Below are positions 24,701-36,300 of a stretch of 64,000 nucleotides of DNA, in pieces. Numbering within the stretch: the first letter of the stretch is position 1; each line of letters opens with the position of its first letter. This DNA comes from Nemertoderma westbladi (lineage: Eukaryota > Animalia > Xenacoelomorpha), in contig JAUCBJ010002497.1 of NCBI GenBank assembly GCA_032718475.1, positions 67,997 to 131,996 on the forward strand, in the 5' to 3' direction. A program made the translations under genes and the position numbers. The notes below the pieces were generated by a model that saw nothing but the letters and a program-made list of their open reading frames with translations, was not told the DNA's origin and did no database searches.

Positions 24701-27396
24701 CGGGAGAACTGAAACGTCTAGCGGAGACTTTTGTCGGTGTACCAGATGCCTTCGAATTAGCGTACGATCGCTTAACATCGATTTACGGAGGCACCGTAAG
24801 TATGGCTAAGTCAGTGATAGAAGAACTCTGTAAGGGGGGGGCTATTACAAAACCCGTTGACTTACTGAAATTGGCTGACGAGATTAAAAACGCCATTACT
24901 ACACTACGCTCAATTGGACAACTTGACTACGCAAACACTCCTACAGTCCTATTGAAAATAATAGGAAGATTGCACCATCGACTTCGTCGGGAGTGGCGAA
25001 AAATCGAATATCAGCGAGAAGAACGAGGTGGATTCTTGAAGTTGGAAGATGTCTACTTATTGATATCCAGAGAGGCAGTAGTGGAGACTCGTTCGAACTA
25101 CACGGACCAACACATCGTAGCAGAAGGAATCACCCTACCGTCATCAAACAGACAGAAACCACCAATGACATCCACAAAGACGGTCACCTACGCTACACCG
25201 ACCGAAACCCGACAATTTTCAGACGGTAGTAAAGTGTCTGCACCTATAGGGACCAAACAGACCAGACAACAACTAACTGCCGACTTCAGCGGTTGCCAAT
25301 ATTGCGAACGGATTGGTAAGCGACATACTAGCCACAACTTAAGGGGATGTCGACTATTCCGTGAATTAAACTCAGAGGAACGACGGCTTCAAATAAGACC
25401 GTTAGATTCTTGTTGGCGGTGTACGCAACATGGACATGTCCGTAAGGACTGCCCAAATACAGACACCTGTCCTTACTGTGGACGCAACCATGACGGTCTG
25501 CGCCACATGGACAGTCATACGCCGACCAAACGCTTCATAAGGGAACACCCGGAAGCTGCAGCAAAATGCAATAGTGCATACAAAACACGCGAATCGAGAA
25601 CAACACCAACATTCGTGACGCATATTAGGGATTGCTTCTCAGAACAATCCGGATCATCAGATGAAGAGTCGGAAGACGACGACGTTTATTTCGGTACTGG
25701 GGACGAACAACCATCGATTGCACTTCTGACGCCTGATCAACTAAAGGGGTTTAGTGTAATTCCCGTTAAGATTACAGGCACAAAGGGGAGCAAAAGGATC
25801 TACGCTATCCTAGATTCAGCCTCATCTCACAGCTACGTAGATGAGAAGGTAGCTGATGTCGTCACAGATCTCAGACAAGGTAAGCACATAAAGTACACTG
25901 TAAGTAGTATGCATGGACAACATGCAATACCAGTGACACGAGTTAAGTTAAACTTGGACACCCTTCTTCCGAAATCGCAACATAGCGAAAAGGAGAGGTC
26001 TTTGTTACCCTTTAAGGATTTGACTTTTGCGGCCACCAAGGACTTTAGTAACCTACTGGGTCCAGTGCCGGAACAATCCCTAGATGACCGTAAGTATTTC
26101 AGACACCTCGGTGTACCTGAATGTCCTGTCAACTATAGGTCGGTAGCAATGCTGATCGGGACGGACCAATTCAACCTACATCAAGTGTGGGAAACCAGAC
26201 CATCGGTAGTCGTAGCGGGAAACGTTTACGCCTGTAGAACTCCGATAGGGTGGTATACTCGAGCGCCTGTGCGCACACTGGATATAAGTGATGAGGAAGA
26301 CGATGTACAAAGTACATGTAGTTTACTAACTACAACTTCGATTCATTCCTTTTCACCTGACATAGACTATACTACACTACGTTCGACAAAACACGACAAC
26401 GTTACAGGTACGACGTGTGTAGCAAATACGATAAGTCACAAAGAGCAGCCAATCCACAAGGTTAGTATAGAGCGTGAGAAGAAGACGAGTCAGGCAGAGG
26501 TTCCATCGACGACAGATGATAACGCCGGAAGGCTTGCGAGTCTATCTACACCAATAACTTTAATGATGCCCGTCGATATCGATGTTGACACATTAAAGAA
26601 TTGTCAAGTGGAACAAGCTGAACTAGACAAAGAGTTAACAGAGAAAACTATCAGGTGGTTAGAACAAGATACAGCAGAACCCGGTAGTTACGAACCGTGT
26701 ATGTCGGAACAAGAGAAACAATCTTTGAAGATCATGGAAGATACTATCTGCCAGACGAAAGACGGACATTATGAGGTAGGGATGCTATGGCGTAACCAAC
26801 GTCCTAAACTTACAAATAACTATCCGCTAGCCTTACGACGCTTACACTCAATACGACAACGTTTATTGAAGGACGAGAAAGCCCATCTGCAGTATAATAC
26901 TCAGATGGAGACGTATTTGACTAAAGGATACGCTATCAGGATGACAAACCCAGAGATTATGACAGACCAGACATACTATTTGCCACATCACTACGTGAGA
27001 CACCCCGACAAACCTGATAAAGTACGCGTAGTTAACGACTGCGCGGCCCTGTTTGAAGGAATGTCTCTCAACAGTGAGTTGATGGATGGACCAAACATGA
27101 ATAATTATCTCATGGGGGTGATTATGCGCTTCCGTCAGCGCCAAGTAGCATTTACTTGTGACGTAGAAGTGATGTTTCACCAAGTGCGAGCGTTAGAGCG
27201 AGACAGAGACAGTTTGAGGTTCCTCTGGTACCCGGATGGAGACTTAAGTCAACCACCGGCGACTTACCAAATGCAAGTTCGCGTTTTCGGTGCCAGGGAC
27301 AGCCCAAACTGCACTATGTACGCCCTAAAACAGACTGCTAGGGATCAGAAACATATGTATGACCCAGAGGTAATCCAGATCGTTACAGAGTTGTGA
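21778..27396 (+). pseudogene. gag-pol: Element C gag-protease-RT (N-terminal part); one frame with a nonsense codon at 23776-23778
   Basis: Coiled-coil N-terminus; BEL-type Cys/His cluster (CQYC..H..C, CWRCTQHGHVRKDC, CPYCGRNH...H); protease ILDSAS; RT motifs YLPHH, KVRVVNDC, SLNSELMDGP, DVEVMFHQV, FGARDSP. Confidence 0.93.
23569..24060 (+). repeat. 84-bp in-frame tandem repeat in the gag of C, about 6 copies
   Basis: Encodes (QFTSQSTTSRKTCEPTEQRRPVDTRPFN)n. Confidence 0.95.
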
Positions 27397-30300
27397 CACA
27401 GTAGAAAGTGCTATAACAGTAACACATCAATTACGGGACTGTTTAGCAGGCGGAGGTTTTAACCTCACTAAGTTTGCCTCAAACAGCACTGAATTGGTAA
27501 ATTCATTCGAAACGACTGAACGTGGGGGTGGGGACATTGACTTAGAGTTCGAACCACTGCCGACGACCAAGGTGTTGGGACTATTTTGGGACCCGAACAC
27601 AGACAACTTTCGAGTGAAAGTAAAACTGGACGCTGAAGGAGATTCTCTGACAAAGAGGTCTTGCTTGTCGAAACTAAGCAGACTGTTCGACCCTTTAGGT
27701 TTCATCAGCCCAATAATACTGCAAGCAAGAATATATATGCGCAGTATTTGGAAAGATGGACTGACATGGGACGAACCGATCTCATCCGAACAAGTGGACT
27801 TATGGAAGACTTGGGAGGCGCAATTATCTTCGCTAGAGGATTATTCCATACCCCGGGTGTACTTTCCATTACAGACGACATTTCCTGACAACTTAGAATT
27901 ACATTGTTTTTCCGACGCCAGTGACAACGGCTTTGGTGTGACAGCGTACTTGCGCAGACAAGTAGACTCAGACGAGTTTGATATTTCGCTCATTACTTCT
28001 AAGGCTAAAACAATGCCTACTAAGTATATGACGACACCACGCGCTGAGCTACAAGCCGCAACTCTGTCAACGACCATTGTAAACCTCATACAGACGGAAC
28101 TACAGTCAAGTTTACAGATATTTTATTGGACTGACGCGACGTTAGTTTTATTTTATATAAACAACGACACACTTGAATTCAAGACATTCGTAGCTAACCG
28201 TCGTGCAGAAATTCTAGACCGTTCAATAAAGGAAGATTGGCGACATTGTCCCGGACCACAAAATCCAGCCGATATTGCGTCACGAGGAATGATGCCTGAG
28301 GAATTCTGTAAACCGGAAAACAAGAAATTTTGGCAACACGGACCACAATTCTTACAAAGAGCAACACAACATTGGCCGCCACTTTATGATAACAAGTTTA
28401 ATACTATTCCTAAGGACGCCGAAATTAAAAAACCAAAGAAAGGTAAAGCGAAGAAAAAGACAACGGCGAAACTTAAGAAGAAACCAAAGGCGAAATGGAA
28501 GAATATAACTCACAAAGTTAGGGCAGGAAGACTTGCGAGCCTTTCTCAACCAGACGTATCGCCAGACGGTCAACCAGACATGTTACCAGACGGTCAACCA
28601 GACGTATCGCCAGACGGTCAACCAGACACGTTACCAGACGGTCAACCAGATGTATCGCCAGACGGTCAACCAGACACGTTATTAGACGATCAACCAGACA
28701 TTTTGCCAGACGTGTCACTAGACGTTTTGCCGGATGTTCCGCGAAACATTTTACCAGACATTAGTAACGTAGCGACACATAGTAAAGCCGCAATTTCCCT
28801 ATTGGAGCGGCCTTCTATTGACAAACTACCAAACTTGACACCCTTGAGTAACCATAAGTACATTGAAACCTCATGTATTACAGATGTGGGTAGTACCTAC
28901 GCTAATGTAAATACAGGTGTTACTTTACGCTCAAGAGACATACCAAACTTACAACCTACGGTGAGACCTGGGATTAATATCGGCAGAAAAACAAATTTAC
29001 CGAAACCCAGTGATCCCATAGAGTTAAAACCACCATTAGGGATCGACGCACAAAGTACTGACAATCAAGGTAAGAAGACGAAGAAGGACAAATTACTTGT
29101 AGACCCGGACGGATCAACAGTCAACAAGGGAATACCTACCGGCGGACTCGTGGGCCCATCTAGTAAAACAAAACCTTCCAAATTCTCCATTGACTTACCT
29201 GATGACGTCACAAATACTTACGTCGACCGTATTGTAAACCTAACAGATTCTTGGACCAACGCGTGCCGAAAATTAGCGTGGATTGTACGTTTTGTACAGT
29301 ACGTTAAAGGCAAACGCGACTTTACACGTTGACTCACATTGACTGAGATTGACAGATGTGAAATTAAATTAATTTGCCATTATCAATTGCGATATTTCGC
29401 GCGCGAATTCACATCTATAAGTCAAGGTCAACCAATCAAGTCGTCACCAATATTGAGTTGGAGTCCGATTATTTATAATGGCTTAATTTGTCATAAATCT
29501 CGGCTTCAAAAATTGACTTTAATACTGGTTTTAGGTACCCAATAATAATACCGCAACATCACGAATTACAACGTGCAATGATACTGGACACACATTTACA
29601 TCTGAAACACGCTGGAAGACACCACTGTCTTTCCTACTTACGTACAAGATTTGTATTAATTAGACCCAGTAAAGCGTTAAGTTCAGTGACGCGTATGTGT
29701 ATTATTTGTAAAAAGGTACATTCTAGAATAAGTACCCAAGAAATGAGTGAACTTCCACAAGCACGACTACAGGCATTCAGACCACCTTTCACAGAGACTG
29801 GAATTGACTGCTTTGGTCCCATACATACGAAACGTGGACGTATACTAGTGAAACGCTGGGGACTGATTTTCACATGCATGTCCAGTAGGGCAGTTCATAT
29901 TGAACGTGTGATGGATCTTTCCACCAACGCCTTTATACTAGCATTGCGGCGATTTATCGCTAGACGCGGACTAGTAAAATGCTTGTACTCAGATCAAGGT
30001 ACAAACTTTGTTGGTGCTCGAAATGAAATTGCTAGAGCCTTTAAGAAATTAGATCATGATCAAATCTCAAACGAACTACGTCCTTACAAGATTGTTTGGA
30101 AGTTTAATCCTCCAGATAGTCCATGGAGAGGCGGAGTCTGGGAGAGATTGATTAGATCTATAAAAACAGCCATGGCAAAAGTAATTCCAGTAAACCACAT
30201 CTTGACAGACGACCAACTGACAACATTGTTTGTTGAAATCGAGGCAATACTAAATACTAGACCAATAGTATTAGTACCCGATGACAAACAATCCCAGTTT

Positions 30301-30729
30301 GCTTTAACACCGGCACACCTGCTTATGCAGGCACCGACCACATTAACGCCTATTTCTATTCCAATAGAAAGCGATAGCTACGGTAGAAAAGCGTGGAAAA
30401 TCACGCAACTACTGGCTAACAAATTCTGGGAAATATGGCAAAATCACTATTTGCCCTCTATTTCTGCCAGAACTACCTGGTACAACAAAACTCGCGCTTT
30501 AAGAGTGGGAGATCATGTGCTGTTGGCAGAAGTGAATCTAAAAAAACGCTTCTGGATAACAGGTGTAATTTTAGACACACATCCATCTATGGATGGAGTG
30601 ATAAGAACTGTGACTGTACGGACAATTGACGGTCGTACAGTAGACAGACCGACACAACGTCTCGTACTTCTTGAAGAGAAGCGAAACAAGTCTGGAGATT
30701 ACAAGTCTCCAACAAATGTTAGTAAATAG
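27390..30729 (+). pseudogene. pol: Element C RT C-terminus, RNase H and DDE integrase
   Basis: GGFNLTKFASN, KVLGLFWD, FDPLGFISP, LHCFSDAS, PRAELQAA, WTDA, NPADIASRG; integrase HLHLKHAG...CIIC, GIDCFGP, SDQGTNF, GGVWERLI. Stop at 29330-29332 and frameshift near 29520. Confidence 0.93.
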
Positions 30730-31388
30730 TAAGGAGTTTACAAATAGATTTCCACGTACCTGTACACCGTAGTAAGGACAGCGGTAGAATTCCATTGTCT
30801 TTATATGTGAACATTGATGGTAGTACCCTTATGTGTCACATAGGAGCGGGATTTGTAGGTATAAGAAATGGAATTCTACTTGGAACTCACAATATTGAGA
30901 CATTTTCGAAATTTTAGACAATCCATTTGGATTTGAAAAATTTTAAAATTTTCTCCAGTGAATAGATTTCAGGGTACAGTCGGGTGGATCTTAAAATTAG
31001 AGAAACAAGAAAGGAAGACTCGCGAGCCTTTCTTAAATTTTAATTAAATTTTACACGGTCTTGTTTCAATAAGTTACGTCGAATAATAGACTTCCCTATA
31101 TTTATTACTAACTCTTGATTGCTTATTTTCTGATAATAGTTTGGGATCAAAAAGTGAGTATTTTAGACTCACAGCCAGTTTAGCCCAAATTCGTTTTTAT
31201 TTCGGCAAAAAATTTTAGATAAGAAGCAGCGTGTCATTAAAGAAACTCTAGATCTTAGGCTATGGGTAGGAGGTTAGAGCGTTGTCGAGCCAAAAGGGCA
31301 GACGAAAACTCTCACATCTCCTCACAACTAACAATAAACTCTGTTGTATTCCCTCTAGTAGTATGATTATGTAACCATACCTCTAATA

Positions 31389-32160
31389 ATGGCGAAGGGG
31401 ATACAAGGAGAGCCGAGATGGGGATATGATATCCAAGAGGAAGCAGCAGCGCCATTCGAACGATTTGGAACTAAGGATTACACTATATTTGGAATAAAGG
31501 ATTTATCAGAAAGTATAGCGAAACTCGCAAAGACCAAATATGACTCAAATGTATTAAAGAGAAGGCAAAATGCGTTAAATGAAAAAATCGAAAGTTTACG
31601 TAAAACCTTCAATGAACTTTACCCGTACGACGCTTTATGTGATACGGGAGATATTAGCAAAGATCCCGATACCGAAATTAGTCGTTTGTATCATACTATG
31701 CAATACCTAAAGGCACATGAACCTATGCCCGCGGTACGCGATGAATTCGATGGAATGCATCTTTACAGACGAACTCGAGGGGACGATAGAGAAACAAAGG
31801 AAGCATTTTCAGTTTATAAACTTTATTATCAATGCGGTGCTTGTATGCGCGAACAACGAAATGCGATTTCGATGCGTTTAAATAAGGAAAATCCCGAACC
31901 GATATTGGTGAGGTGTTCGAACCATCAACAACTACGCTACCAGGAAGGAGGGTATCCTTTATCGAATCCATATCATTCATTCGCTATGACTGGACCAAAG
32001 GCGGGAGAAATTGTCGTTTACCCACCTAAGGTTGTTGAACCCGATGTATTCGAACTTACGCTGGACGAGGCGACTCAGTCAACCCGCGAAAAGAAAGAAG
32101 CTCTTAGCCTATACAGAGCCTACAAGGCTTTCGAGAAAGGCGAGATGGAAGAATGGGGCG
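31389..32160 (+). CDS. Element C accessory ORF3, N-terminal part (interrupted by element B)
   Basis: Removing B and one GGGCG TSD gives ...EEWGG RLASLPYHWTSHDQTSAKE MTPEVF..., in frame with the 963-aa ORF. Confidence 0.88.
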
Positions 32161-33373
32161 TGTAAAAGCCTTTGCTGAATTGCCCCGTTTTTTATATTAT
32201 CTTTTACATTAAAATACTCTGTAGTTGATTTAATAAGTGTAAGAGACCGTATTATTGCTGTATCGGTGTTTTTAGAGGATCTAAGACCTATTTCCTCCGT
32301 ATGTGTACTGTGAAAGGCATATTTTATGATTCTATGGCAATTCGTGACGCAAAGGGGTGATAGCTACTCTTGAACAGTAGTTACTATGACTACGGTTAAC
32401 AGCTGACATTCATACGTGTTGATTTCCTTTGTTCTACGGCGTCTCTCAGTTCAGTCAGCCAATGAGAGCGTTTTTGTGGCTCCTTGTACAGAAAATTTCC
32501 GAGAAATGACGCAATGCCTATGTGCAGTGTTTACATTCAGTCTTGAGCCAAAGAAAGAACGGCTTGGAAGTATTTTGTGCTGTACTGCTTTTTAGTCGTA
32601 CACTAGTAGGTTTAATTATAAAGGGCATATATCCTTTAACAAACTGACTACTTGAATATCTCATGCCTATATCTCATTGCTGACATACCGGTACTGACTT
32701 GTTGTTTTATACTGCTATTTGCTGTCAGTTCTTCATAATATGGTTGATGAATAATTATATTTGGAATAACGATAAATAACCCCGCAACCCAATATTCTTG
32801 ATATACCTAAGGTAAGAGAGAAAGGTTACCAATAACGATTGTGACTTATGTTAAAGTGGTTTGAAGTGAATCTAATGTTATTTGATAGACCCTACATGAG
32901 TCAGCCTGTGTTCCTTTTATATGTGACTAAAATCATTGAAGATTGGCAGATTAGTGTGCAGTATTGTGCAGCATAGTGTATGAGTGAGTCTGTTAAAGAA
33001 GCAATTCCTAAAGAATGCGCCATATATGTGAATTAATTAAGCCATATCGTTGTGAGTAGTTTAAGTCATAACTCTGTTTATGTAGATAAAGCGCCACGTC
33101 CTAAAGGAACTGTTAATATTACCGAAGGTGAATAATATTGTCAGAGATTATATAGTACTGTCAGTCGAATAATACATTAGGCTTACATAGCAATAAAAAT
33201 TAAACCGTCGAACCCAATCTCCCGGGAATATCCAGCGGGTGAATGGTCGCGCACGGATTGGTTTCGACTAGTGTAGTGAATCAAATACTTGTCATAGACT
33301 AAAAAGCGATTTATTATCTAGAAGACATTCTAATTTGGCGGGTTAAACTGCCAAAGGTCTGAAAGCGCGAACA
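32161..33373 (+). repeat. 5' LTR of element B (1213 bp)
   Basis: Matches 45062-46278. Confidence 0.97.
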
Positions 33374-33385
33374 TTAAAGGATATA
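33374..33385 (+). promoter_or_regulatory. Non-tRNA primer-binding site of B, complementary to its own LTR at 32628-32639
   Basis: TTAAAGGATATA is the exact reverse complement of TATATCCTTTAA. Confidence 0.85.
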
Positions 33386-36300
33386 GCTTCTTTATTGCAG
33401 TAAGCAATAAAGTCGAAAGTACCGGTCGACCGGTAACCAGTAGGCCTGACTGCCTGATCATCCGGACCGGTACCTACTTCCGTATAAGTACAGCAGTATT
33501 ATTCGATTTGATTATATATGCCGGTAGGTCTTAATAATTAATCGGGGACGCCTGGTTTTTATTGGGATTTTACTTAGGCCTATTTCTGTCAGTTTTATTT
33601 GTTTGTAGGCCAGTATTGAACAGAAGGCGTGTAAACCTGATCAGATTGTACAGACAATTTGTAGGCTGAGCTGTTGTCTGATTGCTGTTGAGTCCGAACG
33701 AATTGCAGTGTGTGTAGAGCACTTGTCCGATTAAGTACGATTAGGAAGTAGGGGCAGCCACGCTGTAAGGTAAACCCCCAACTAAAGAATAAGTCGCACT
33801 ACTGGGTTAGAGCGCATACTCCCTAATCATTTCGGAGTCTGCATGTCCTGTAGTTTATTTAGGCTTGAGAGTAGTCTGCCATCGTTTAGTCTGTACTTTG
33901 TTTGTGTAAGTCTGTACGGGTAGCGTATAATTTTATTTAGATAACTTGTAGGCTGGATAGTTGTCTGGCTGTTATTAGGTCTGAACGGATTGCCGCGTGT
34001 GTAGATCATCTGTCCGATTAAGTACGATTAGGCAGTAGGGGCAGCGAACGCTGTAAGGTAATCCCCCAACTAAAGAATAAGTCGCACTACTGGGTTAGAG
34101 CGCATACTCCCTAATCATTTCGGAGTCTGCATATACCGTAGTTTGTTTAGGCTTGATAGTAGTCGGTCAGTGTTCGGTCTGTATTTTGTTTGAGTAGTGT
34201 GTACGCGTAGCGTAATATTTATTATTCAGAGTTTATGCGATTATTCGCAACATTCAAGTCCCCAAGTTTGTTCCTACAGTAATTGTGTTTGTTATACATA
34301 CCGCTATAGTTAAATTAACCTCGGTACTACACGGGCTGCTCGGCGTAGGTAAAGACTGGTGATTTTGTGCATCGGTCACTCCAGCAGATGCCGTGGTTCT
34401 TTTAGCTGTTCAAGTATATTTAACTACTGATTATTTGTTGTACAAGTACTCGTACCTAATCTAGGGTTTAGTGTACCGTACTTTCCGAAGTAATTATTGT
34501 AGGCATTATATTTGTGTTGTAAAGTGGTTGATAGGCACATTCGATTAGCTCTATTAACTTCTAGGTAGGAACACTCCGTGATACATAACGTAGAACCTAT
34601 AGCGATACGGCTATAGGTCGTCAGGCGGTGGTATTTTCCTATCTAGACAACGCAGTGTATTTACTACTACTTATTATTTCAAATACCGTAGTACCCTGTC
34701 CGCTGTAATAATCAGATTTCTAACCCTTTGTTAGGCTGGTTTGTAGACTTCTTGTAAAATTACCCTAAAAATTCGTATTTTGCGTTTTTGTAAATTTTTG
34801 TGTTTATTTAGAGATTGTAATCTCAACCCGAATTGTACGTAATTTGTAGTATTAAGTAACTTAGGTAAATTAGTATTATTTGTTTTAGTGTCCTGTACGT
34901 AACACTTCACTGAAAGCGCACAGCTTTGTGTAGTGATTACTCCCCAGAAATAATAACATTTATTTCAAACATTGACAAAACCCATTAAAACGGGTATATA
35001 TAAATTATAAATCAAATCTAACGATTTATAAATAGTAGGCCTACCATATAACAATTAGGTCTCAATATCAGTTGGATTACTGCTCAAATAACGGTAATAA
35101 AGTAAGTAAAGTAACAAAGTAACCCTAAAGTAACAGAAATTCAATTATTTGAAATAATTGATATACCGGTATTTACGATAGGCCTATTATCTTTATTTCT
35201 ATAAATCTAGGCTGAAATTATACCGGTACTTGTAATTAATTCTATTTCAGAATTATATATCCTACAAACTGTAAGCTGTATACCGGTATTCCGATAGGCC
35301 TATTATATATTTATATATATTTGTGCTAAAATTATACCGGTATTCTGTGATAAACCTAGTCTGTAATAATACTTATATAGTTATATATACTATAAGTATA
35401 CCGGTATTCTAATATATTATATATATATCACGCTACACTGAGTAGCAGTAACGGTAATTAATTACTAGGCTATCAGTTAATACTGAGTTACTAGACTTGC
35501 TCAGACTGTAATACAGCAGTAGACATTCAACTGTACACACAAACATGTCTGACGCAAAGCAGAACCTGTCAGACAGTCTACTAGATACAACGGAGAGTGA
35601 AGCGACAGCAGAGAAACCGCATAAGAGGGATGCCATTGATATCTATCTGTCAGACTATCAGCGTTTTGTGGGAGATGAAGAGTTGAGGAGAAGGCTAGAG
35701 GGACTTAGCCCTAATAGCGAAGGAGCCAAACTTGTGTTAGATGCGATTGATGTGGATAGATTAGCGGCGAACCAAGCTAAATTCGATGAACAACTCCGCA
35801 TCGCTAGAGAAAGGGAAGAACAAGTAAAGAAAAAACGCATAGAAGACAGAAAGAAAGCAGCAGTGGTAGCTGCAGAAGCAGAAAGAAAGGCGGCAGCGGC
35901 CAAGGCAAAGGCGGCAGAGGTAGCGGCCAAGGCAAAAGCAGCAGAGGCAGCGGCAGAGGCAAAAGCGGCAGAGGCAGAGGCAGAGGCAGCGGCAGAGGCA
36001 AAAGTGGCAGAAGCAGAACGGAAAGCGGCTGAAGAAACCACCCAATTAGAATTGGAAAACATTCAGGAGAATCAAGACTGCATAAATAAACAGTTAACAG
36101 CTAGTAATATGCAGATGATGAATCGATCTACTCCTAAACGACAAGGTTATACATCATCCGAGGAAGGCGATACCACCGACACTGAAGGCGGAGTAAATCG
36201 ATCCCGCTTAAGCAGACGTAAAAGAACATTCCACCGACCGAAATTGCCTGATTTGCCTCCAGCTGTTAGAAGGCAACTAAATAACAACAACTTAGAGAGT

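Noticed and set aside
33291-33330. Group I intron core (GUCAUAGACUAAA resembles the R element)
   Set aside because: No S element follows. The complementary strand lies 700 nt upstream and forms a continuous 11-bp helix, which does not fit P3/P7 topology; kept only as helix H1.
33383-33420. Group II intron domain V (AGC followed by a hairpin)
   Set aside because: Helix lengths and the 2-nt bulge do not fit, and the lower stem is not conserved in A.
35658-36062. Ala-, Cys- or Pro-Leu-rich antisense ORFs (also 52722-53169)
   Set aside because: They are antisense readings of the low-complexity AAAEAERK gag repeats.
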